DNA of 63,844 bases, the filler included, from Chiloscyllium plagiosum (taxonomy: Eukaryota), in assembly GCF_004010195.1 (NCBI RefSeq). It is 5 parts of one record of this genome, joined end to end, with 100 filler letters (N's around TTAATTAATTAA, not from the genome) between each part and the next. Parts side by side here need not be neighbours in the genome. Positions count along the whole stretch, not along the records: positions 1 to 12,725 come from NC_057711.1; positions 12,826 to 23,207 come from NC_057711.1; 3 more parts are not named here. One strand, given 5' to 3'. The notes beneath the pieces are model-generated. The model had not been told where the DNA came from and did no database searches. It worked only from the letters and a program-made list of their open reading frames with translations. Positions 1-13,149 of the stretch are shown here, in pieces. The position numbers and the translations under genes are program-made. Position 1 is the first letter of the stretch, and each line of letters starts with the position of its first letter.

Positions 1-587
1 GGCCCTCGGTGTTGCGCCGATCCAAGCCCACCTAAACTACACTAACCCACTATCCTCCATATACCTATCCAATGCCCTCTTAAATGCCCATAAAGAGGGA
101 GGGTCCACCACTGCTACTGGCAGGGCATTCGATGAACTTACGACTCGCTGAGTGAAGGACCTACCCCTAACATCAGTCCTATATCTACCCGCCCTTAATT
201 TAAAGCTATGCCCCCTTGTAATACCCGGCTCCATACGCGGGAAAAGGTTCATACTGTCGTCCCTATCTAACCCCCTAATCATCTTGTACACCTCAATCAA
301 GTCACCCCTAAACCTTCTTTTCTCTAGTGAAAACAGCCCCAAGTGCCTCAGTCTTTCCTCATACGATTTTCCTTTCATACCAGGCAACATCCTGGTAAAC
401 CTCCTCTGCACCCGTTCCAGTGCCTCCACATCCTTCCTATAGTATGGCGACCAAAACTGCACACAATATTCCAGATGCGGCCGTACCAGAGTCTTATACA
501 ACTGCATCATGACCTCAGGACTCCGGAACTCAATTCCTCTACCAATAAAAGCCAGTACGCCATATGCCTTCCTCACCGCACTATTTA
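1..587 (-). mobile_element. CR1-clade LINE 3' fragment (young family, open ORF2 C-terminus)
   Basis: LYKTLVRPHLEYCVQFWSP...LERVQRRFTRM...RGDLIEVYK...TRGH...TQRVV are typical CR1 ORF2 C-terminal motifs. Near-identical to copies at 22801, 30960, 52241 and 59155. Confidence 0.93.
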
Positions 588-690
588 CCACGGGGAGAAT
601 GTGCAAACTCCACACAGAGAATCGCCTGAGGCGGGAATTGAACCCGGGTCTCTGGTGCTGTGAGGCAGCAGTGCCACAGTGCCGCCCACC
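588..690 (-). mobile_element. tRNA-derived SINE, 5' part (HE1/V-SINE-like)
   Basis: Reverse complement matches the SINE head at 7194 (...gcctcacagcaccagagacccgggttcaattcccgcc...tgtgtggagtttgcacattctccccg). Confidence 0.8.
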
Positions 691-1107
691 ATGATTACAT
701 TAGTTGGACAAAAAAGAATATAATTGAGATAATTGGGGAAGGCTACCTGACTTGAAGTGACATAAGCTGTTGCCATGTATTGGTCTTGTACAAGTTGTGA
801 AGGCTGCATCCTGTTGTCTAGCTGAGATATTTGGGAATCTTGCCTGGTCTTCCTCTGCAGAGAAAGTGGAACATCCATAACCATTGTCAAGTGAAGAATT
901 TTTGTTTACCACACTTGGATGTGCTTTGGAATTTGCAGTTGGAATATTACCCCAGTGACTTATTATAAATAAACAAATATAGAATAATTTCTAAATATCT
1001 TTTCTTGGTCTCATGACAGCATATAGTGGGAGTTTTGAATTTGTATGCAATGATTTGATGCCAATTATTGTACAACTTCTGTGACATTGTACTTTTTTCA
1101 AAAACAG

Positions 1108-1302
1108 GTGAACATTGTGCCGCCTGCCATACCTTCAGGCATTGATCTTTCTCAGGCTGTTGGCTCTCCTGTTACTTCTATTTCATCTCCACTAAATGAA
1201 TCGTACGTGATAGCTCAGCAGAATGGGAGTAAAGAAATTGAACATGAAACCTCAGCACAGTCCAATGAAGAATTTGAGCAGAGTTTGAGAAAAATGGCCC
1301 AT
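1108..1302 (+). CDS. MPDZ: MPDZ coding exon (linker between L27 and PDZ1): VNIVPPAIPSG...NEEFEQSLRKMAH
   Basis: Acceptor ttttttcaaaaacag|GTG and donor CAT|gtaaga. 195 bp, phase 0-0. Start VNI and end EFEQSLRKMAH resemble the human MPDZ linker as I recall it (VNI...EFDQLIKNMAQ). Confidence 0.88.
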
Positions 1303-2106
1303 GTAAGAAGATGAATCAATGTAGCACAAAGTAACTAATGTTGGACACTATCTGGCCTATTTAATGTATGTTCTTTCAACATAACTTCATTTCAAAGTTT
1401 TCAGACACCTACTGACCATAGTTTCTCTCATTACCACTTTTTTTGATTTGTATTAACTATCTTTTCTTTATTTCTGTTGCCCTGTGTTAGTTAACTCCAA
1501 TGTCTGGAAGTGTTGAAAGAAAAAAGGAGAATTAAAAACTACTATTAACAATAGTTTCACTATCAAATATATTTTCACCGAGCTAAATTAAATCTTTATG
1601 TTTTTTAAAACCTGTTGGTTATTTTTGTTTTCTTTCATTAGAAACGGCAGCTCACATCCTGAGCCAGTCTTCAAATGTGGCTTGAAATTCCTTATCTGCG
1701 AATTCAATTTTTGGATTGCCCTTCGATTAATCTGAAGTTCAAGCTGGAATAGTTTCCTCCAAATGAGAGACAAACAAATCCCTTTTGGCAAACATTTTAT
1801 TGTATTTGGGTAGACAGCAAAATCTTGGATCGAGTGTTGTCAATAAATGAAAAATCCTTATTAGTCCGTAATAGTTTATATTAGGAATTGATCGAAAACA
1901 CGCCTTGATGTATACTGGGAGCATGCTTCAAGCTTCAGCATTCTTCTGCAGTCATTTCAGATTGACAACATTAATATTTTATATAGTTGATGGTTGGGGA
2001 GGATATTGAAAGTTCCAGTTCTGGTTAATATTCAATATTACTTTAAATTGTTGTATGATAGAAAATCTATTTTTGCTAGTAGTGACCAAATTCTCCATCC
2101 CACTAG

Positions 2107-2246
2107 GGTCGTTCCATTGAAAAGGTAAATTTGATGAAACCTGCCTGCGATGGTTTGGGGTTCAGTGTTGTTGGACTTGAGAGTGAAAATAAGGGAGAAC
2201 TGGGGATCTTTGTCCAAGAAGTCCAAGAAGGCAATATGTCAGTAAG
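2107..2246 (+). CDS. MPDZ: MPDZ coding exon, PDZ1 N-half: GRSIEKVNLMKPACDGLGFSVVGLESENKGELGIFVQEVQEGNMSV(R)
   Basis: Acceptor ctccatcccactag|GGT and donor AG|gtaaaa. 140 bp, phase 0-2. Has the GLGF carboxylate-binding loop. SENKGELGIFVQE fits MPDZ rather than its paralog PATJ. Confidence 0.96.
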
Positions 2247-2825
2247 GTAAAAAATTTTCTTTAGATTCCCATCAATGTGTGGTCTCTTTTCCATGCGTAT
2301 AGCATTAATTTTGACTTTTAATTATTAAATATGCTGATGTCTTGCCAAACAAATTTGCAGAATAACTACCAGAATGATATAACTGGAATCCCATTGATTT
2401 TCTTTGTTACTGTTTTCTCAATTAAAGTACTTAAACTTGTTTCTTTGTAATTATGTTTCAACTTAGACTAATGAAGCTGAAATAAATATTTAGCTTACTT
2501 TAGGTCTTCTCTAACTTTGAAAGCGCTTCAGAGCACAGATAGAGGACGTAACTGAGATGAGCCACGTTTTCAGGAATCAAAGTGATACAGACTTAGTGCA
2601 ATTAACAATTGTAGGATGCAACAATTATTAAAGAAGACCAACAGCCAGTGTGTGGAATTATGACCACTTAGAGCACGATTGTAATGGTGAATTTCGAAAT
2701 AAATTCTAAAATGACCGCAACAATTGAATATTGAGTTAAAAGTATATACTTTTTCCACATCTTTGCCACAGTACCATATAGTTTCTTGTAAATAGTATTG
2801 AAGTGGGTTACCTATATAAACCAAA

Positions 2826-3170
2826 GGGCAGCACAGCGACTAAATGGTTAGCACTACTGCCTCACAGTGCCAGGAACCTAGGTTCGATTCCAGCCTTGGT
2901 CGACTGTCTGTGTGGAGTTTGCACATTCTCTCCCTATGTCTGCGTGGGTTTCATCCGAGTGCTTCAATTTCCTCCCACAGTCCAAAGATGTGCAAATTAG
3001 GTGAATTGGTCATGCTAAATTACCCGTAGTATTCAGGGATGTTTAGGTTGGGTGCATCAATTAGGGGTAAATGTAGGAGAATGGGTCTGGGTGTGATATT
3101 CTTTGGAGGGTTGGTATGGACTTGTCGGCCGAAGGGCCTGTTTCCACACTGTAGGGTTTCTGTGATTCTA
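2826..3170 (+). mobile_element. Full-length tRNA-derived SINE (HE1/V-SINE-like)
   Basis: A box tggttagc, B box ggttcgattcc, core tgtgtggagtttgcacattctc...tttcctcccacagtccaaagatgtgc, and a CR1-like tail. Confidence 0.88.
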
Positions 3171-4555
3171 TTAGAAGATCAGTGATTGGACCCTAGCTGT
3201 TCACTACATATCAGTGATTTAGATAAGGGAGCTAAATGTAATATATCGAAGTTTTCAGTCCACGTAAAGCTGACTAGGACATGGGCTGTGAGGAGGATGC
3301 CGTGATGATTTATTGTTTGTCGCAGGTGAAGTGCAAGTGTGATGCTACCTACCTTGGTAGTAAAACCATAAAGACATTATCTGAATGGTGATAGATTTGG
3401 AAAGGAGTCAGTGCAATGAGACATGGATCCTTGTATACCAGTTGCTGAGAGTTAGCATGTGGGTGTAGCATATGGTGAAGAAAGCAAAATGATATGTTGG
3501 CCAGCAAGAGGATTTGTGGACAGGAGAAGGGATTCCTTGTTACTGTTGTACAGGATTTTAGTGAGACCTCATTTGGAGTATTGTTTGCAGTTTTGGTGTC
3601 CTTATCTGAGGAAAGATGACTTTGGGTATGGAGATAGTGCTCTAAAAATTTACCATACTGTTTCTTAAGATTGCAGGACTGACATATGAAGAGAGTTTGC
3701 ATTCGTTAGGGTTATATGCACTGGAGTTTAGAAGAATGAAGAGTTCTCACAGAAACCTGTAAAATTCTAACAGGGCTTTACAGGATCAATGCAGCAAGGA
3801 TGTTCCCAATGACCAGGAGTCAGAGTCTAAGCGTATGGGGCAGACACAAAAAAAACTGCAGATGTTGGAGTCCAAAGTAGACAAACAGGAGGCTGGAAGA
3901 ACACAGCAAGCCAGGCAGCATCAGGAGGTAGAGTTTTTGCAGGATGTAGGGTGGAAGGAGGTGTAGTTCAGATAGCTGTGGGAGTCTATAGGTTTATAGT
4001 AAATGTTGGTCCATAAACTGTTGCCGGAGATGGAAACTGAGAGGTCAAGAAAGAGGAGGGAGGTGTCCGAGATAGACCAAGTGAATTTGAGGGGTGAGTG
4101 GAAGTTGTTGGCGAATTTCATTAACTGCTCCAGTTCAACCTGGGTGCAGGATGCAGCACCATTGCAGTCACCGATATAACGGCAGAAGAATTGGGGAACA
4201 CTACCTATCAGCACCTCACCATTCTGATACTCTTCCCACCCCAAGCACTCCCCTCAACCACCACCTCAAGTCCGGAAGAAGGGTTGTACTCAAAGCATAT
4301 AGGGCTGGCCTGAGATGAGGGGAAACTTTTTCAGCTAGAATATAGTGAGCCTGAGGAATTCTTTGCCACAGAAAAAGGTTGAGGACAAACATTAAGTCTT
4401 TTCAAGGAATAGTTAGGCGTAGTTCCTAGGGCTCAAAGGGTGTAGGGTGAAAATAGGAATAGGGTATTGACATGGATAATTAGCCATGATCATAATGGCA
4501 GAGCAGGCTCAAAGTGCCAAATGGTCTTCTCCTCCTCCTATTTTCAATGTTTCTA
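3171..4555. mobile_element. Decayed CR1 (+) interrupted by a Penelope-like fragment (-, ~3850-4230)
   Basis: LYRILVRPHLEYCLQFW (ORF 3459..3668). The minus ORF 3921..4244 has RYIGDC..LKFTWSISDTSLLFLDL..IYYKP..HSYLNY, a PLE RT/thumb region. Confidence 0.8.
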
Positions 4556-5334
4556 AAGACTAGCGAGAAAAATTAAACATTATTTAATTAAATGAATAGT
4601 GGCAATTTGGATTTAATAATAGATAAGGACCATTAAGCAGAAAATAATGTTAAATAGTTGTTTTTTCAGATTGGAAGGTAAGTATACATTAGAATTCTGC
4701 TGGCTATAAGAGCTATGATTTTTTGGTGTACATCACTGAGCTGAACATGGATATCTAGGGTGTAAATTTTAGTGTTTACAGAAGGTGTGCATGTTTAAAA
4801 TGTTGATAAGAATGAGGAGCACTGTAACAGATCTCAAAGACATAGGCAAGCAGTTTAAAAGTGCAAATATGAATGGAAGATAAAAGTCTCAGAACTAAGA
4901 AATCCAGAACTAGTGTGTATAGGTCTAACATAACTGAGGGAACTATGAGAAAAACATGTATATACAATGAGTAAGTACAATTTAGAATACATTGTGGCTG
5001 TAGAAACAGATGCTTGAGTAGCCTTCAAAGCAAAGTTCACAAATACTTGGGGGGTGGGGGAAAAGTGCAGTGACGTGCCAACAGGTGGGATTGGCACTTG
5101 ACTGGATTGCCATTTGAAAACCCCAAAGTAGTCTCAGTGGGCCAAGCACCTTCTGCATTGTCCTGTTATAAGATTTGGCATTGAGTCACCTGATTGATTT
5201 ATGATCTTGAATTAATTGGTGGTATGCCGCTACCAGTGAGACCTTGAATTGAAACACTTGCTGATGTCACAAGTTGACTTTTCTCTGGTTTATGTTCACA
5301 TTGTATCTAGATTTTAAGTTTTTAGGCACTATTA

Positions 5335-7100
5335 TTAGAGTCACAGAGTCATAGATATATACAGCACGGAAACAGATCCACCAGATGCCGACCAGATATC
5401 TCAACCCAATCTAGTCCTACCTGCCAGCACCCAGCCCATATCCCTCCAAACCCTTCCTATTCACATACCCATCCAGATGCCTTTTAAATGTTGCAATTGT
5501 ACCAGCCTCCATCACTTCCTCTGGCAGCCCATTCCACGCATGCACCACCCTCTGCGTGAAAAAGTTGCTCCTTAGGTCTCTCTTATATCTTTCCCCTCTC
5601 ACCCTAAACCTATGCAGTCTAGTTCTGGACTCCCCCACCCTAGGGAAGACACCTTGTCTATTTATCCTATCCATGCCCCTCATGATTTTATAAACCTCTA
5701 TAAGGTCATCCCACAGCCTCCGATACTCCAGGGAAAACAGCCCGAGCCTATTCAGCCTCTCCCAATAGCTCAAAACCTCCAACCCTGGCAACACCTTTGT
5801 AAATCTTTTCTGAACCCTTTCAAATTTCACAACATCCTTCCGATAGGAAGGAGACCAGAATTGCACGCAATATTCCAACAGTGGCCTAACCAATGTCCTG
5901 TACAACCACAACATGACCTCCCAACTCCTCTACTCAATACTCTGACCAATAAAGGAAAGCATACCAAACGCTGCCTTCTATATCCTATTCTCCTGTCATT
6001 CTACTTTCAAGGAGCTATGAACCTGCACTCCAAGGTCTCTTTGTGCAGCAACACTCCCCAGGACCTTACCATTAAGTGTATAAGTCCTGCTGAGATTTGG
6101 TTTCCCAAAATGCTACATTAAATTAAATTAAACTAAATTAAACTCCATCTGCCACTTCTCAGCCCATTGGCTCATCTGGTCAAGATCCCATTATAATCCA
6201 AGGTAACCTTCTTCGCTGTCCACGACACCTCCAATTTTGGTGTTATCTGCAAACTTACTAACTATACCTCTTATACTCACATCCAAATCATTTATATAAT
6301 GACGAAAAATAGTGGAGCCAACACCAATCCTTGTGGCATTCCACTGGTCGCAGGCCTCCAATCTGAAAAAACAACCCTCCGCCACCACCCTCTGTCCTCT
6401 ACCTTTGAGCCAGTCTGTATACAAATGGCAAATTCTCCCTGTATTCCATGAGATCTAACCTTGCTAACCAGTCTCCCATAGGGATCCTTGCCGAACGCCT
6501 TACTGGAGTCCATATAGATTACTGTGCCCTCATCTATCCTCTTTGTTACTTCAAAAAACTCAATCAAGTTTATGCGACATGAATTCCCACACACAAAGCC
6601 ATATTGACTATCCTTGCTTTTCCAAATACATGTACATCCTGTCCTTCAGGATTCCCTCCACTAACTTGCTCACTGGTCTATAGTTCCCTGGCTTGTCCTT
6701 ACCACCTTTCTTAAATACTGGCACCATGTTAGCCAATCTCCAGTCTTCCAGCACTTCACCTGTGACTATCGATGATACAAATATCTCAGCAAGAGGCCTA
6801 GCAATCACTTCCCTAGCTTCCCATAGAGTTCTAGGGTACACCTGATCAGGTCCTGGGTATTTATCAACTTTTATGTGTTTCAAGACATCCAGCACTTCCT
6901 CCTTTGTAATATGGACACTTTTGAAGATGTCACTATCTATTTCCCTACATTCTATATCTTTTATGTCCTTTTCCACAGTAAGCTCTGATGCAAAATACTC
7001 ATTTTGTGTCTCCACTATCTCCTATGGCTCCACACAAAGGCTGCTGCATTGATCTTTGAGGGGCCCTATTCTCTCTATAGTTACCCTTTTGTCCTTAATT
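5335..7100 (-). mobile_element. CR1 LINE, ~1.8 kb 3' portion with RT domain, frameshifted
   Basis: GPDQVYPR, WRLANMVPVFKKG..PGNYRPVS, SGMPQG, SKFADNTKIGG, LYRTLVRPLLEYCVQFWSP. Confidence 0.93.
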
Positions 7101-7193
7101 GCAAGATGAATTTGTCAAACATATGTAAATTACATGATTTAATCTAATTATTAAGTCGAATTTACCAAAGTCATGTTATATACAGACAAAACC

Positions 7194-7490
7194 CGGCATG
7201 GTGGCACAGTGGTTAGCACTGCTGCCTCACAGCGCCAGAGACCCGGGTTCAATTCCCGCCTCAGGCGACTGACTGTGTGGAGTTTGCACATTCTCCCCGT
7301 TTCCTCCGGGTGCTCCAGTTTCCTCCCACAGTCCAAAGATGTGCAGGTCAGGTGAATTGGCTATGCTAAATTGCCCGTAGTGTTAGGTAAGGGGTAAATG
7401 TAGAGGTATGGGTGGGTTGCGCTTCGGCGGGTCGGTGTGGACTTGTTGGGCCGAAGGGCCTGTTTCCACACTGTAAAGTAATCTAATCTA
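7194..7490 (+). mobile_element. Full-length, young-looking tRNA-derived SINE (HE1/V-SINE-like)
   Basis: gtggcacagtggttagcactgctgcctcacagcgccagagacccgggttcaattccc head, CpGs retained, aatct-repeat tail. Confidence 0.9.
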
Positions 7491-8037
7491 AAAAACCCCT
7501 TTGGTATGATTGAATGTGAACATGGCAAATTTTTTTAGTCTGTCTCATAACTTTAAAGTCTTTCTTTCATGCTTCTAGAAGCACTCAGAGCACATTACAG
7601 ACCTGTTTTAGTTAACACAGCCCTATAATAGGCAAAGCTATAGAATTAGACAGTAAAATATACTTGTAACACCAATTTGTTACAGTTTTTTTAATCGATT
7701 TTTAATCTTTTTGACTTTACGTTTTTGATCCCCTCGATGGAAATTGTGCAATGAAATGACTTGTAGGCAAGAAGTTGAGTAAGTTTTTCTTTTTAAGTGC
7801 TGATGTCATTCATTTCGTGGTTATTAAAAGCTCTGAAACTATTTTTTTCCTTGCCTTCTTTATGGAACCTACTCGTGATGCTTTAGTTTACATTGAAATT
7901 TAGGCCACAGCCAACATTCTGTTTTGTTTGAAATTGTAAAAAACTATCTATTGAAGTTAACCAAGGGAAATGAAAATCATTAAAACATGGTGTGTAATAA
8001 ATGACATTAAACTTTCATCTCTATACTCTTTTAATAG

Positions 8038-8251
8038 AGATGGCAAACTAAAGGAATCAGACCAAATCCTAGCTATCAACAGACAGGTCCTAGACCAGAC
8101 TGTCACCCATCAACAAGCTATTGACCTCCTGCAGAAAGCCACTGAACAGATTCAGTTAGTGGTTGCTAGAGGATCTGTTCCATGTTTGACCAGTCCAGGA
8201 GCTTCACGTACACCATCGGATGCAAGTACACTCTCTGCCCATTCTTCTACT
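8038..8251 (+). CDS. MPDZ: MPDZ coding exon, PDZ1 C-half plus linker: (R)[34 protein letters not shown]...[16 protein letters not shown]
   Basis: Acceptor ctcttttaatag|A and donor ACT|gtaagt. 214 bp, phase 2-0, completes the AG+A Arg codon of the previous exon. Lies inside ORF 7970..8272. Confidence 0.96.
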
Positions 8252-11200
8252 GTAAGTTTAATAAGTGTATGAAATGCAAGTTGAGTTGCGTTTAAGTTGT
8301 TGAAAACACAAAGAAAGGTGATGTTATAGATAATCTAATTCACAGCACTTAAAACCATGTTTCTTGAATATTTTGAATTTTAATTTTAAAATTCATTTAT
8401 TCTTTTGTCTATATTTTGAGTAAATCTGATGTGTGAAAACATTAAATGTGATTTTATGCTGACTGTCTTTCATTTTCAAGCATACTTGAGTCCAGTTAAC
8501 AAAGCAATTATAATTTTGATGCAAATGATTTTCTATATAATATCAACAAAAATTACAGTGTTAGCCATATTGCTGTGGAGAATGCAGTAGGAGCTGAGAG
8601 TAGGACACCTTCTCTTCCTGCCACCATACCCATTAGCACTCCACCTTGTGATCTTAATTGCAGGTGGTGAGTATGATGAGAAAGGAACGGAAATTTGTAA
8701 AATCTTATTTATTAGAAAAAAGTCTTGGTGCAACGTTCTTAAGCATATTTCTAAACTTGCTGCCATGGTTTTTAGTTAGTGCTAATTTTGAGTTTATTGC
8801 AGTTAACCGAGGGAAATGAAAATCATTAAAACATGGTGTGTAATAAATGACATTAAATATTGAGTTGAGGAATGTATGTTTACTAATTGTATGAAATAGT
8901 GTCAACATTCTGTTCACACTTGCAGAGACTTCAGTCGAAATTGGTGCTCCTAATGTGAGCAGCCATCTGTTTTATGTTATGTGCTACTATGAAGTACCAT
9001 TGGCACATCTATCAAGGCATATCTTTTCAGAAAACCAGTTCTTAAACATAAATTTTGTCTTTGTGTCACAGTATTTTATGTAGTATTCTCATCTCATCCA
9101 AGACCATTGTTATTACTACATTTTAAAAAAAACATTTTAATCCTTCATTCAATATTTTGCTTTCTTGTCAGAAACACAATTTTGCTGCTATTCTCATTTG
9201 TTTTTGCACCACACACACTACTGAATCCCTCTGTTACAGAAACAAAAATTGGTGGAGAAACTCAGCAAGTCTGGCAGCATCTGTGGACAGTAAGCAGTGT
9301 TAATATTTCAAGTTTAGTGAACATTTTTCAAATCTGAAGATTTATTGGACTCAAAATGTTAACTCTTGTCTCTCCACAGATGCAGCCAGATCTGCTGAGT
9401 TTCTCTCGCAATTTCTGTTTTTGTTTCAGATTTCAAGCATCCACAGTGCTTTGTTGTATTTTCGTATATTCATTTGTTGCAGCCCTTTTCCTTTAGTCAT
9501 CTAGTTGTGTTTCACATCACTGATTATTTCATGCTTATCAGACTTCCTTCCCTCCAGTTTACTACTAACAGTAGGTCTCTTGCTTCTGCTTATACTTCTT
9601 GCAACTTGGATGCTACATCACCTACAGCAGATTTCTCCCACATCACAACCTTCTGTACCAGGTGTGCAGTCTTGGTGCACTCTTATTTACTGGGTATACG
9701 TGGTTCCTTTCAATATATATTAAAACATTCTGCTGTGGCTAAATATTCCTGATGAAGGGCTTTTGCCGGAAACGTTGATTTTCCTGGTCCTCGGATGCTG
9801 CCTGAACTGCTGTGCTTTTCCAGCACCACTCTAATCTAGACTCTGGTTTCCAGCATCTGCAGTCCTTGTTTTTACCTACCTTTATATAGATAAATATAAT
9901 CTAGTAATTATGTAACAGCTCTTCTATTGATATTGTATGCTTGCAGCAGCTTATATAACAGGACTAAATGGGACAACATTCCTTTAGCTTTATGTTGCTA
10001 AAACCAAAACCATCCTCTTAACCTTCTACTAGCCAAGACCTTGCATTCATCATTGCTGCTGCTTATGTCTTGATCTATCTTGATGTGCTCTTTGGTCTTC
10101 ATGATATTGACTCTATTGTCGAGGCTGTTTTGTTCCACATCTACAACATTATTTATCTCTCTCTTTCTTCTACCTCCTGTGACTGTCTCTCTCCTTCCCA
10201 ACCTGCTGGCCAAACTCATTTTGTTTTGTAGATAGTGTATTTATTCGAGCAGAGTGACTTATTGAATCACTGAAGATCCACATCTACTTCCAGAATGCAA
10301 GAGCTTTATTATTTTAGATTGGTAGGCAGAAAACCTCTGGGGGTCCAGAAGCTGCTTCATTGAACAAAGGAAAGACATAAGTATGTGTTTTCAATCTGCC
10401 TTAGCATTTACAAGTAGACCATATTATTGATTGCATACAGATTCATTCATATCAGTTGTGACTGTGATCAGTTGATGGACAGTTATAAGTCTTGCCATGA
10501 TCTCATGATGTTCACCGGACACCTTTATAACCCATCTGTGTATTCTCACAATGCATCTTATTCAACCACATTCCAAGGCTGCTGACTTCTGCATTTGTTA
10601 TTCAAGTCTCCCTGTTCATAGACTGAGGGCTTCTCCTTACTGTCTTAGGCTCTGTCAATAGGAATTCAGTTAAATCCCTTAATATTGGTTAGAGGTAAAA
10701 CTCCATTATTCTTATTGTATATTAGTTTCTATGTGATTATAATCATCTAAAGGACGTTAATTAATGTGAGTTATGTCTATCCTCCCCTGCTGTTTTCCAT
10801 ATTAAACAGCAAACTTAGGAGCCCCTCTTGCAAGTGAATCAATCAATACTTCTCAAGGATGTCCCTTTGTCAGAATTGTTCTTTTATAACCTGTGACTTT
10901 TTTTTGCTGCTTCTTATTCACATTCTGTTGTGTGATTTTTGCGATTTGTACCTTATCTGATTGCTATGATTTCAAAGACCATTCTGACTATGTAAATTAC
11001 TGCTTTAGCTAACAAGTTGTGGCCATTTTCGTCAACTAAAATCCACAGACAACCATTTTATATTAACAAAGAACCATGGGTAGCCCCAACACTAACAAAG
11101 GAAAGGGAAACATAACCATTTCAATAATGTTAAAAATCACACAACACCAGGTTATAGTCCAACAGGTTTAATTGGAAGCACATTAGCTTTTGGAGCGACT

Positions 11201-11748
11201 CTCCTTCAGGTGATAGTGGAGGGCTCGATCGTAACACAGAATTTATAGCAAAAATTTGCAGTGTGATGTAACTGGAATTATACATTGAAAGATTGTCTCC
11301 AAATCATTTCAATAATGAGGGAGAAATGTGAAGCGACTTTTATAAACTTGCAGAATGATGGTCTCTTTATTAAAATTTATTCTTCAGTTTTTATTTCATT
11401 TTTACCGCCAAAAGTATTTGAAAAATGTAAATACACATTATTTTATGAAGCTATTGTAGAATTAGATTGTGCGATGCATGCAGTAGGGTTTTGTTTTGGT
11501 TGAGGTACTAGGTTAATTTTATATTTCAGCTGCTTCATCTGTCCATATTGGAGACTGATATTTGAATAATGCCTACTATTGTCCTCCATAAACCTGAAGT
11601 GGTTTGTTGTATAAATGCTTTTGTAGAGGTATATGTTTATATAGTATACTGAGTAGATGTGTTATCTGCCTTTATCAAAATTTGAATGTAGTGACATAGA
11701 ATTGTGTTGTATATATGAGCACTGCAGACTACGTTTTATCCCTAACAG

Positions 11749-11877
11749 GTCCACTGGCAGACTGTTGAAGCAATTGAGCTAGTAAATGATGGTTGTGGTT
11801 TGGGATTTGGAATAGTAGGTGGAAGAACAACTGGTGTAATTGTGAAGACTATTTTACCTGGAGGAGTTGCTGACCTG
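11749..11877 (+). CDS. MPDZ: MPDZ coding exon, PDZ2 N-half: [43 protein letters not shown]
   Basis: Acceptor ttttatccctaacag|GTC and donor CTG|gtaaga. 129 bp, phase 0-0. Second GLGF loop; very close to MPDZ PDZ2. Confidence 0.96.
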
Positions 11878-12298
11878 GTAAGAGTTTTAAAATTCAATTG
11901 CTTTGCTGGGTATTTAATTGCATCAGTGCTACCCACCTTCGTAGTTTTATTGAGATGGAAAGTGCAGTTTTATTCGTGGAATTTCTACTAACTCTTAAGA
12001 GTGCACTTTAACTGCTAAGATTCAACAAATTTGGCTGAGGATGGAGGAATAAAATTTCAAAAAATGGCAACTGTTTGGGAACCGCATTCCTTCCAGGTTT
12101 AAAAATGGGGAAAAGCCAAGAAAGGAATCCATGTTCAGCTATTGGGTTATTGATTAATATATTCAAATGTCAGTTGACAAAGTTCAAGTGAACTTTCTAG
12201 TTTTAACAAGCCCTGTGTGGATTTTCAAAACTGGAACTGTCAAGGATCAACCAAGGAAGAGCACAGTGGAGTGTTGCTGAAAATAAAACTGATACTTG

Positions 12299-12578
12299 GA
12301 AGCCTTGATAGAGCAAAATTGTAATGCATTTAACCAGCCTCAATGACAGATTTTTGCTTCATTGTTTATGTAAATGAAAGCTGAAAATGTGTTGCTGGAA
12401 AAGCGCAGCAGGTCAGGCAGCATCCAAGGAGCAGGAGAGAAGCCTTGATAGAGCAAAATTGTAATGCATTTAACCAGCCTCAATGACAGATTTTTGCTTC
12501 ATTGTTTATGTAAATGAAAGCTGAAAATGTGTTGCTGGAAAAGCGCAGCAGGTCAGGCAGCATCCAAGGAGCAGGAGA
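12299..12578 (+). repeat. Perfect 140-bp tandem duplication (unique flank plus PLE end)
   Basis: 12299-12438 is identical to 12439-12578. Confidence 0.9.
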
Positions 12579-12725
12579 ATTGACGTTTCGGGCATGAGCC
12601 CTTCTTCAGGAATGAGGAAAGTGTGCCAAGCAGGCTAAGATAAAAGGTAGGGAAGGTGGGACTTGGGGGAAGGGATGTTGGAAATGCGATAGGTGGAAGG
12701 AGGTTAAGGTGAGGGTGATAAGGTG

Positions 12726-12825
12726 NNNNNNNNNNNNNNNNNNNNNNNNNNNNNNNNNNNNNNNNNNNNTTAATTAATTAANNNNNNNNNNNNNNNNNNN
12801 NNNNNNNNNNNNNNNNNNNNNNNNN
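12726..12825. other. Assembly gap/linker (44 N + TTAATTAATTAA + 44 N); identical gaps at 23208-23307, 52407-52506, 59721-59820
   Basis: Four identical 100-nt blocks with an all-frame stop linker; artificial. Confidence 0.97.
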
Positions 12826-13149
12826 ATCTATCCTGGGACAGGCTAAGCAAAGACATGCCAGAGAATTCCTAGAGGCCTGGCACTCCAACCACAACGTCAT
12901 AAACAAACACATAGATCTAGATACCATCTATCAACCCCTCAGAAAATGAACAGGAAATGATATCACCACAAACTCCAGGAACCCCATCCAGAACAAACAT
13001 ATAAATAGAAAGCAGGAGACAACAGCTTCGTTTCACTTGGAAGTCACCACTGATGATGTTACCTAGCCAGGTAATTAAACGTCTGGATATCAAACCTACA
13101 GCTCAGCAAACAAACCTACACCCTGGAGATCATATAACATTGTAGTTTA

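Noticed and set aside
37..615. 192-aa ORF as a host gene
   Set aside because: CR1 ORF2 C-terminus with a start borrowed from the adjacent SINE.
7194..7265. tRNA gene-like A/B boxes
   Set aside because: This is the head of a multi-copy SINE with core and LINE-like tail, not a tRNA gene.
9998..10219. 73-aa minus-strand ORF in an MPDZ intron
   Set aside because: Low-complexity pyrimidine-rich DNA, no convincing splice or start context, no recognisable motif.
1108..11877. PATJ/INADL as the identity of the PDZ exons
   Set aside because: [27 protein letters not shown] and VHWQ match MPDZ as I recall it, not PATJ.
12770..12781. Recurring TTAATTAATTAA palindrome
   Set aside because: Always centred in an identical 100-nt N block, so it is an artificial linker.
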